DNA from: Candidatus Krumholzibacteriia bacterium
GTDB taxonomy: Bacteria > Krumholzibacteriota > Krumholzibacteriia > JAJRXK01
Assembly (NCBI GenBank): GCA_041484665.1
Contig: JBGPIA010000001.1
Coordinates: 128,001-192,000, forward strand
Reading direction: 5' to 3'
Length of the DNA stretch: 64,000 nt
This document shows positions 39,400 to 47,220 of this stretch, piece after piece. Positions within the stretch are counted from its first letter, which is position 1. Every line of letters starts with the position of its first letter. The notes beneath the pieces are model-generated. The model saw nothing but the letters and a program-made list of their open reading frames with translations. It was not told where the DNA came from and ran no database searches. The position numbers and the translations under genes were made by a program.

Positions 39400-40317
39400 A
39401 TGAGCGACACCGCACTGCTCGTCGACGGCACGGGCTGCCTGTTCCGCAGCTTCTACGCGGTGGGCCCGGTGGCCGCGCCCGACGGCACGCCGGTGAATGC
39501 CGTGCTCGGGCTGGGGATGACGCTCCACCGGCTGCTGCGCGACGTCGGACCGGCCTACGCGGTGGTGGCCTTCGATGCGGGTCCCACCACCTTCCGCAAC
39601 GAGCTCTATCCCCAGTACAAGGCCAACCGTGGCGAGCCACCCGACGAGCTGGTGCCGCAGTTCGATCTGAGCGTGGCGCTCACGCGAGCGCTGGGGCTGG
39701 CGACGGCGCGGATGGCGGGCTACGAGGCGGACGATCTGCTGGCCACGCTCACGCGTCGGCTGCTGCGCGCGGGCAAGGAGGTGATCGTGGCCAGCGCGGA
39801 CAAGGACCTGGCGCAGCTGGTGCGCCCCGGGGTCACGCTGCTGGATCCCGCCAGCGGTGAGCGCTGGGGCGTCGCGGAGATCCCGCGCCGTCTGGGCGTA
39901 CGCGCCGAACAGGTGCGCGACCTGCTGGCGATCATGGGCGACGCGAGCGACAACATCCCGGGCGTGCGCGGTATCGGCAAGGTCGGCGCCTTGGCGCTTC
40001 TGGCGGCGTTCACCGATCTCGACGCGATCTATGCCGACCTGGACGCCGTCGAGCGCCTGCCCGTGCGCGGCGCGGCAGCCCTGCGCCGACGCCTGGCCGA
40101 GAGCCGCGGGCTGGCCTATCTCAGCCGGCAGCTGGCGACCGTGGACCACGACGCGCCGTGCTCGCTGCGGCTGTCGCAGATGCGCTTCCACGGGGCAGAA
40201 GGGGACGCGCTGGACGCGTTCGCACAGCAGTGGGGGCTGCAGGGGCTGGCGCGGCGTGCGGCGCGGCGGGGCTCGCATCCAACGGGCGACGACGCCGCGA
40301 GGGGGCGATCGGCGTAG
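39400..40317 (+). CDS. Stand-alone 5'-3' exonuclease / flap endonuclease (Xni/ExoIX-like)
   Basis: LLVDG, FRNELYPQYKANR, EADD, SADKD, GDASDNIPGVRGIG; no polymerase domain. Confidence 0.92.
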   Translation: MSDTALLVDGTGCLFRSFYAVGPVAAPDGTPVNAVLGLGMTLHRLLRDVGPAYAVVAFDAGPTTFRNELYPQYKANRGEPPDELVPQFDLSVALTRALGLATARMAGYEADDLLATLTRRLLRAGKEVIVASADKDLAQLVRPGVTLLDPASGERWGVAEIPRRLGVRAEQVRDLLAIMGDASDNIPGVRGIGKVGALALLAAFTDLDAIYADLDAVERLPVRGAAALRRRLAESRGLAYLSRQLATVDHDAPCSLRLSQMRFHGAEGDALDAFAQQWGLQGLARRAARRGSHPTGDDAARGRSA

Positions 40318-40409
40318 CCGCTGCGAGCGCGGCTGCCACGCGCGTCGCAGCCGGAGCGAAGTAGCCTCCCCGTCACAGCCAGAGCGAAGCAGCCTGCCTC
40401 AAGCGGCCG

Positions 40410-43400
40410 TCAGCGTAGCAGCGCCAGCTTGCGGGTGACCGTCTGGTCGAAGCCGGAGACCTCGTACAGGTAGATACCGCTCGCCAGCGCCGCGCCGCTC
40501 GCATCGGTCCCCTTCCAGACGAAGACGTGCCTGCCGGCATCGACCACCCCATCGACCAGCGTGGCCACGCGTTGGCCGCGGAGGTTGTAGACCCTCACGG
40601 TCACCCGCCCGCGCGATGGGGCGCTGAACTCGATCGACGTGATCGGATTGAACGGGTTGGGGTGGTTCTGAGCCAAGACCAGCTCGCCGCTGCCGACGGG
40701 ATCTGCCGCCACTGCGCCACCATCGTGGATCGCACCCTGCTGACGGAACTTGATCAGCAGCTCGCGGAGCAGCTCCGCCCGCGCCGAGCGGCCGTCGGCC
40801 TTGGGGAACACGTCCTGGACGAACATGAACCCGTAGGGAAACGTCACGTTGACGCGGTCGTACGCCGTGCCCGCAATCGTGTCCTGCCTCGCGCTGTGGA
40901 CGCTGGCGGATGGAGCGTATGGGCCCGGGAGAAACTGATGCGCCTTCAGGGCAGTCGCAGCGCCCGGGTTGATGTTGTCGAACAGGTTGATGGATAAGCA
41001 CCCACCGAACGCGATGAAGTGCGTGGCGAAGCCGGTCACCGTACCGGTCGGAGCGACCTCGGGAGCAGTCTGGTTCCCGATGGACGGACGGACGTTGTCG
41101 CCGACCGGCTGCACGCCCATCACGTTGCTACGGAAGGTGACGCCGCCGCCGCCCAGGCCGTTCACGATGTTGTCGCCCCAGTACGCGGCGTATCGGTTGC
41201 CCGCCTGCGCCATCCAGCCCGTCAGGGCGGCGATGTCGTTGCCCTTGTCGTTCTGGCCCGTACTGCTGCCATCGCTGATCAGCCCACTGGCGAGATTGGC
41301 GCTGTCGTAGAAGAGACAGTTGTAGCCTGCCAGCTGGCCCGGGTTGGCGCCGTGGGCGCCCGCCGAGCCCAGGCCGTTGGACACGACCGAGCTCGGCCCA
41401 TTGGTGCGGTACGTGTCGTACTCCTTGTGCAACCGCAACCCGTTCTGGCCGAATGCCTGGATCCACTCGTCGTTGCCACCGCGATCCGGCTGGTCGTTCC
41501 AGAACAGGATGCTGGGCTGCGTGCAAGGATCGGTATCCGCCGCGCCACAGGTCAAGGTCGGTAGGCCGTAGACGGTGAAGATGCGGTTGTAACCGGTGCC
41601 GCTGCTGAAGCCGCTCGTGTCGGCAGGCAGCGTGGAGGTCTCCGCCGGGTTGATCGTGGAGGCCTTGAGGAAGTAGCGGATCTGATCGCCGGGAAAGAAC
41701 AGCGCGGCCTCCGCAGACTCGTAGGCAGCCAGCGTGACCGGGCCGTCCGGCAGGTCGAAGCAGTAGCGGTTGGCAACGATCGAGCCGGAAGCCGTCCTGG
41801 ACGGCTGGCCCTTCACGTAGCCGCGATACTTGTTCCCTCCGATGGACTGGATGTCGGACGTTCCGCCGCCGGCACCGGCCCGCAGAGTCGCGATGCCGCC
41901 CGCTCGCTCGGTCGCGAAGCACGGATTGGCGTCCAGCAGGAACTCCATGCGGATGGAACTTGCATCCACCGAGGACCCCGGTTTGCCGGCCACGAAGTCG
42001 CAGATGATGGAGTCGCCGGGCACGTTCCTCGGTTGCGAGATGGCGCGGATGTCGCGGGCCATGTCCATACGGATGGCCAGCGGTGTATCGTCGGCTCCGG
42101 CACAGGAGATCGCGCCCAAGGTCGGGAAGCTATCATTGAACAGGTCGATTTCACGCGCAACAGCGCGGGGACCCGACGCCTCGTACTTGGCCACGGCGAC
42201 GTTGTCGAACGTCGGGGAGGGAGTCGCGTCGTTCGCAACAAAACTGAATATATCCGCCAGGTCGGTCACCCCCAGCGCGATCTGGACCTTCGTGGGAGAT
42301 GCCACCAGCAGGTCACGAACCTCGGGCTGGACGTTGTTGTAGAGCGCAACACCGCCACCGTAGTAGACGAAGTTACGATCCTTGAAGACCGTCCACGCAC
42401 CGGAGACCGGGTCCGGGAAGCTGCGCACGTGCCACACCCAAAAGATGCCGTTGATCAGCGGCAGGTGCTGCCACACGCTGAAGCGCAGGAAGCAGCCACC
42501 TTCGACGGAATCATCGGCCGTACCGGGCTGATCCCAGTTGATCTCCGGCGACCAGACCTCGTTGCTCAAGGGGGACTGACCGAGGGTCAGGCCGCCCGTA
42601 TAATTGACGACCCAACCGCCGGGTATGCCGTACGTATTGGTCGGCGAGGTGCTACCACCGGTGCTGCGGTGCTGGGGGTCGTTGTTGGGCGGGGTGCCGT
42701 CGTCGATGAAGGTCATCTGCGGCGAGAGATCGTCGCGACAGGGATCGATGTCCTGGAAGTAGGCGAAGATCTTGGAGAAGTCCCCGCAGAAGTCGTGCAG
42801 GACGAGCGTCCAGCCGCCAAGGCTGCCCCCCTGGAACGTGGCCTGGCTCAGGCCCACACCGTTGGTGCCCTGCAGCTGGATGTTGTCGAGCTGGACCGCA
42901 CCGTCGCCGGTGACGTTGAGGCCGTCCTCGTCGGACGCGGCGCCGTCGGAGTCGAACCGACAGCGCAGGTGGACCTGGTCGTGGCCGAAGCCGACGTAGT
43001 CGCCCGCGTGGTAGGTGATGACGCCGTGGAAGACCACGGGCGCCGCGAACACGCCGCCGACTTTGTTGGTGCCGGTATAGCGCGCGAGGTTGATCATCGA
43101 CCCCGCCGAGTCCCACTGCACGTTGAAGAAGTCGTAACCGTTCTCGCTGTCGTGGTTGAACTGCAGATCCCAGCTGATGACCGTGCTATCGGCGGGGTTG
43201 CTCACCGTGAAGCTCTGGTCGAGCAGTTCGTGCCATTGGTTCCCGTAGCCCGTGGTCGAAAAGCCCGTAGGCCCTGCCGGAAGACCAGCCCAGATTGCGT
43301 GATTCGTAACGGGCACCGTGGAGGGGCCCGACCAGTAGGCGGGCCGTGCGGCCATGTTCGCCGCATTGAACGAGTCGATGTGCCAGTGCGGCGGCACTCC

Positions 43401-43715
43401 GGTCAGGTCGACACCCGTCCAGCCCTGCCGGTCGGGGTAACCGAGCGTCGTCTGGAACTTGCCGCTGAGCGAACCCGGCCCCCCGTACAGGAAGACCGTA
43501 TCGCCGGCCGCCTTCGCGGTGGATCCGGTCGGACCGCCGAAGAGAACGGGCTCGGTCCGCCGGTCGGCGATCTGGGGCTGCTCCCACTGCTGGGCGGGGC
43601 GGATGCCCGACGCCAAAGAGGCAGCAGAGGCTCGACCGGCCGCGCCGTGTTGATGCGCGGCGAGCATGAGCGCGAAAAGACCACAGCAAGCGTTCGCGCG
43701 TTGCGCCAGCGCCAT
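40410..43715 (-). CDS. Large secreted protein (about 1100 aa) with C-terminal FlgD-Ig/T9SS-like domain
   Basis: GAAAGGGG RBS, signal-like N-terminus, G/D/N/T-rich body, C-terminal AQNHPNPFNPITSIEF...ASGIYLY...RKLALLR. Confidence 0.85.
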   Translation of the reverse strand: MALAQRANACCGLFALMLAAHQHGAAGRASAASLASGIRPAQQWEQPQIADRRTEPVLFGGPTGSTAKAAGDTVFLYGGPGSLSGKFQTTLGYPDRQGWTGVDLTGVPPHWHIDSFNAANMAARPAYWSGPSTVPVTNHAIWAGLPAGPTGFSTTGYGNQWHELLDQSFTVSNPADSTVISWDLQFNHDSENGYDFFNVQWDSAGSMINLARYTGTNKVGGVFAAPVVFHGVITYHAGDYVGFGHDQVHLRCRFDSDGAASDEDGLNVTGDGAVQLDNIQLQGTNGVGLSQATFQGGSLGGWTLVLHDFCGDFSKIFAYFQDIDPCRDDLSPQMTFIDDGTPPNNDPQHRSTGGSTSPTNTYGIPGGWVVNYTGGLTLGQSPLSNEVWSPEINWDQPGTADDSVEGGCFLRFSVWQHLPLINGIFWVWHVRSFPDPVSGAWTVFKDRNFVYYGGGVALYNNVQPEVRDLLVASPTKVQIALGVTDLADIFSFVANDATPSPTFDNVAVAKYEASGPRAVAREIDLFNDSFPTLGAISCAGADDTPLAIRMDMARDIRAISQPRNVPGDSIICDFVAGKPGSSVDASSIRMEFLLDANPCFATERAGGIATLRAGAGGGTSDIQSIGGNKYRGYVKGQPSRTASGSIVANRYCFDLPDGPVTLAAYESAEAALFFPGDQIRYFLKASTINPAETSTLPADTSGFSSGTGYNRIFTVYGLPTLTCGAADTDPCTQPSILFWNDQPDRGGNDEWIQAFGQNGLRLHKEYDTYRTNGPSSVVSNGLGSAGAHGANPGQLAGYNCLFYDSANLASGLISDGSSTGQNDKGNDIAALTGWMAQAGNRYAAYWGDNIVNGLGGGGVTFRSNVMGVQPVGDNVRPSIGNQTAPEVAPTGTVTGFATHFIAFGGCLSINLFDNINPGAATALKAHQFLPGPYAPSASVHSARQDTIAGTAYDRVNVTFPYGFMFVQDVFPKADGRSARAELLRELLIKFRQQGAIHDGGAVAADPVGSGELVLAQNHPNPFNPITSIEFSAPSRGRVTVRVYNLRGQRVATLVDGVVDAGRHVFVWKGTDASGAALASGIYLYEVSGFDQTVTRKLALLR

Positions 43716-43957
43716 GACCGCACCCCTTTCCGCGCGGATATCGCGGGGGCGTGGCCTCCGACTGCTGGCTCCAACCGTGACAAGGAGGGAAGTGAGGTCG
43801 TCACGCCCGCGCTGCGCATCGCCTCGCCGCACCAGGCTGGATCCAGCGATCAACAGGCTAGCACCGGGGGCAGCCCGTGTCAATGAGTTTACCGCTGCGA
43901 GTAGTCCTTTTCGACGGGCGGCCCGAACGGTCCGACGCGGGCCTGCGGCGCGGGCGC

Positions 43958-45103
43958 CTAGACCCCCAGCAGCGACGCGATCAGGACCCGCTGGATCTCC
44001 GAGGTCCCCGAGTAGATGCGGCCGGCGATGGCATCGCGCAGCTCGCGCTCCACCTCGTACTCGGCCATGTAGCCGTAACCGCCGTGGATCTGGATGGCAT
44101 CCTGCGCCGACCGCACCCAGCTCTCGCTGATGTGCAGCTTCGCCAAGGCCGCCTCCAGGTAGATGCTCTTGCCCCTGCTGCGCAGCCAGCCGGCGCGGTA
44201 GAGCAACGCGCGGGATGTCTCCACCTGCAGCTTCATGTCCACCAGCTTGGAGCCGATCAGCTGGAACTTACCGATCGCCTGCCCGAACTGCTTGCGCTCG
44301 TTGGTGTAGCGCACGCAGGTGTCCAGCAGGCGCTGCATCGAGCCCACCGCGCTGGCCAGGATGCAGCTGCGCTCCCAGGTCATGGAGTCGGCGAAGAGGC
44401 TCTTGCCCGCCCCCTCGCGCCCCAGCCGGTTTTCCACGGGCACCTCGCAGTCGTCGAAGAACAGCTCGCTCATGGGCGATGTGCGCAGCCCCATCTTGTG
44501 CGCGTGTGGGCCAACCGTGAGCCCCGGGGTCTCCCGCTCGACCAGGAATCCGCTGATGCCGTTGGGTCCTTTGGCCCGGTCGACGGTGGCGTACACCAGA
44601 TACAGGCCGGCGATCGGGCCGTTGCTGACGAAGATCTTGCTGCCGTTGAGCACGTAGCGATCACCGCGCAGCTGCGCCGTCGCGGTGAGGCCGTAGGCAT
44701 CCGAGCCCGAGCCCGGCTCGGACATGGCGTTGGCGCCGATCAGCTCGCCGCTGCACAGCCGCGGCAGGTAGCGGCGCTTCTGCTCCTGCGTACCGAAGCC
44801 CAGGATGGGGATCTCCAGCGTCCACATGTGCGCGTTAATGGAGAAGATCAGCCCGTTGTCCCGGCAGCCGTAGCCAAGGCTCTCCAGCACGCCCACGGTG
44901 GTGAGGGCGTCCTGCCCCGAGCCACCATACTCTTGCGGGATCGGCAGCCCGTGCACCCCCATCTCGGCGCACTTGCGCCAGCCATCGGCATTGAACTCGC
45001 CGCGCTCGTCGCGCCCCAGCAGGTCGCCGTTGAGCTCGGCCTTCGCGAAGGCGTAGATGGTGTCGCGCAACTGCGTTTGATCGTCGCTCCAGGCGAAGTC
45101 CAT
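43958..45103 (-). CDS. Acyl-CoA dehydrogenase family, L-prolyl-[carrier protein] dehydrogenase-like (AnaB/PltE/RedW type)
   Basis: ACAD motifs SEPGSGSD, NGSKIF, KMGLR, RKQFG, IHGGYGY, IYSGTSEIQR; N-terminus MDFAW and WERSCILA resemble AnaB-type enzymes; adjacent to an A domain and carrier protein. Confidence 0.85.
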   Translation of the reverse strand: MDFAWSDDQTQLRDTIYAFAKAELNGDLLGRDERGEFNADGWRKCAEMGVHGLPIPQEYGGSGQDALTTVGVLESLGYGCRDNGLIFSINAHMWTLEIPILGFGTQEQKRRYLPRLCSGELIGANAMSEPGSGSDAYGLTATAQLRGDRYVLNGSKIFVSNGPIAGLYLVYATVDRAKGPNGISGFLVERETPGLTVGPHAHKMGLRTSPMSELFFDDCEVPVENRLGREGAGKSLFADSMTWERSCILASAVGSMQRLLDTCVRYTNERKQFGQAIGKFQLIGSKLVDMKLQVETSRALLYRAGWLRSRGKSIYLEAALAKLHISESWVRSAQDAIQIHGGYGYMAEYEVERELRDAIAGRIYSGTSEIQRVLIASLLGV

Positions 45104-45206
45104 CGTGCTCTCCCGTCCGGCGCGGTCGGTGGCGCTGGGCGCGCGGTGCGCAGAGCGCGAGCCCTCGCGCGTGGCGCCCGCCGTTCCCCGCGCGCTGCCG
45201 CGCCGG

Positions 45207-46763
45207 TCAGCCCAGGCTCAGCAGCCGCTGGTAGTCGGTTTTGTCGGTGGAGGTCTTGGGTAGCTCCCGGTGGAACGCGAACAGGTCGGGGATCATGTAC
45301 AGCGGCAGGTGTTGCGAGCAGTGCCGCTTGAGCTCGATGATGGACATGCGCTCACTGCCCTTGACGTAGATGTGGGCCTTGATCCGCAGCCCGGCCTGCG
45401 GGTCGGGCAGCGCCACGACCGCCGCCTCCCACACCTGCGGATGTCGGTAGAGGCAAACCTCGATCTCGCCGAGCTCCACGCGATAGCCGCGCTTCTTGAC
45501 CATGCGGTCCTTGCGGCCCAGGAAGCGGAGGTTGCCGTCAGCCTCCTCGATGACCAGGTCGCCCGTCTTGTACCAGCGTCCGCCGTCGGGCAAGGTGACG
45601 AAAGCCCGCTGCGTCAGCTCGGGAAGGCTCCAGTAGCCCTGCATGACGCCGGAGCCGCGGATGCACAGCTCCCCCTCCTGCCCGTGCCCCACCGGCGCGC
45701 CCCGGTCGTCCAGCACGACGCCTTCCAGGTGCGAGCACACCCGGCCGATCGGAACTGGCTCGGTGCGGTCGGCGGCAATCGTTGCAGGGATCTCGTACCA
45801 AGTGCAGACGTTGGTCTCGGTGGGGCCGTAGAGGTTGTAGTAGCGCGGCGCGGGCCACTGCTCTTTGAGCGCTCGCAAATGCACGACCGGGAAGACCTCG
45901 CCGGCGAACAGCACGGTGCGCACGCTCGAGCAGTCGTGGGTCTCCAGCTTGCCGTACTGTACGAGCAGCGTGAGGATCGACGGCGTGGAGTACCACACGG
46001 TGATGCGCGCGTCGGCGATCAAGTTCGACAGCGCCAGCGGATCCTTGCCGATGTCCTCCGGGATGAGCGCGAGCATCGCTCCATGCTTGAGCGGTGTGTA
46101 GATGTCCAGGATCGAGAGATCGAAGTGGAACGGCGCGTGGGACGAGAAACGGTCCTCGGGCGTGGGTGAGAACGTCGCCGTGCACCAGTCCACGAAGCTC
46201 TGGGCATTGCGGTGCGAGAGCATCACGCCCTTGGGCTTTCCCGTTGAGCCCGACGTGTACAGGATGTACGCCAGTTCGTCGGGCTGTGACTCGACCGTGG
46301 CTGTGGCCGGCGCGGGCCCCGCGGCGTCGAGGCGATCCAGCGCACCGCCCAGGGCGGCCCCTGCGCCCACGCCCTCCAGCGACAGCCAGGCCGGCGTTGC
46401 CCCGGCACGGTCCAGCTCCTGCGCCAGCGGGGCCTGCAGCGCCGCCTCGGCGACCACCGCGCGCACCGTACAGTTGCCCAGGATGTAGCCATTGCGCGTA
46501 GCCGGCGCCGTCGGATCGACCGGCACGTAGGCGGCCCCGCACTTGAGGACGCCGAAGATGGTGGCCACCGAGTCGATGGACTTGTGCAGGCACAGACCCA
46601 CGCGGTCGCCGCGCCGCACACCCAGTGCAGCCAGGCGGTCGCGCACCCGCTCAGACAGCCGGTCGAGCGCCTGATAGGTGATGGTCTGACCCGACGGCTC
46701 CCGGATCGCGATGCGCGAGCCGTAGCGTGAGGCCGCCGCGGTGAAATCGCCGTGCAGCGCCAT
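45207..46763 (-). CDS. Stand-alone amino-acid adenylation enzyme, predicted L-proline:carrier protein ligase (PltF/AnaC/RedM type)
   Basis: YTSGSTGKPKG, FDLS, NLYGPTE, YKTGD, GYRVELGEIE, PKTSTDK; hand-aligned specificity residues DLLYLALVCK. Confidence 0.88.
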   Translation of the reverse strand: MALHGDFTAAASRYGSRIAIREPSGQTITYQALDRLSERVRDRLAALGVRRGDRVGLCLHKSIDSVATIFGVLKCGAAYVPVDPTAPATRNGYILGNCTVRAVVAEAALQAPLAQELDRAGATPAWLSLEGVGAGAALGGALDRLDAAGPAPATATVESQPDELAYILYTSGSTGKPKGVMLSHRNAQSFVDWCTATFSPTPEDRFSSHAPFHFDLSILDIYTPLKHGAMLALIPEDIGKDPLALSNLIADARITVWYSTPSILTLLVQYGKLETHDCSSVRTVLFAGEVFPVVHLRALKEQWPAPRYYNLYGPTETNVCTWYEIPATIAADRTEPVPIGRVCSHLEGVVLDDRGAPVGHGQEGELCIRGSGVMQGYWSLPELTQRAFVTLPDGGRWYKTGDLVIEEADGNLRFLGRKDRMVKKRGYRVELGEIEVCLYRHPQVWEAAVVALPDPQAGLRIKAHIYVKGSERMSIIELKRHCSQHLPLYMIPDLFAFHRELPKTSTDKTDYQRLLSLG

Positions 46764-46838
46764 GGGGATGACCTCTTGCTGCGAGATGCCGTCGCCCGGC
46801 CCGTGCCATCGTGCGGCGAGCTGCTGACTTCCAACGGA

Positions 46839-47093
46839 TCAGAGCTTCGTGAGCACGAGGCTCGCGACATCGGCGATCGTGCCGAGGTTCTCCACGTCGG
46901 CCTCGTGCGCCTCCACTGAGATGTCGAACTCCTTCTCCAGGAAGGAGATCAGCTTCAGCGTGGCGATGGAGTCCAGGATCCCGGTCGTGTACAGCGGAGT
47001 GTCCGGCGCAAGCGCGGCCGGATCTTCGCCCTCCAAGAACTCCCGCAGGATGAACCCCTTCACCTTTTCCTGGACGGCCTGGCGATCATGCAT
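46839..47093 (-). CDS. Stand-alone acyl/peptidyl carrier protein
   Basis: 84 aa, acidic, GILDSIA phosphopantetheinylation Ser; AGGAG RBS. Confidence 0.92.
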   Translation of the reverse strand: MHDRQAVQEKVKGFILREFLEGEDPAALAPDTPLYTTGILDSIATLKLISFLEKEFDISVEAHEADVENLGTIADVASLVLTKL

Positions 47094-47131
47094 GTCATCG
47101 CTCCTGTGGTGTTGTCAGTCCCGTCGCCCGC

Positions 47132-47191
47132 TGTCGTCAGTGCTGTCGTCCGCTGTTGTCCGTGCTCTTGTCCGGTGTCGTCAGTGCTGTC
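47132..47191. repeat. 16-bp direct repeat in the MBOAT-carrier intergenic region
   Basis: TGTCGTCAGTGCTGTC at 47132-47147 and 47176-47191. Confidence 0.8.
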
Positions 47192-47220
47192 ATCTCGCCG
47201 CGTCGGTCCGGTCGTGGCGA

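Noticed and set aside
47145..47193. Tiny ORF MTALTTPDKSTDNSGRQH as a DltX equivalent (coordinates approximate)
   Set aside because: No hydrophobic helix and no tyrosine motif.
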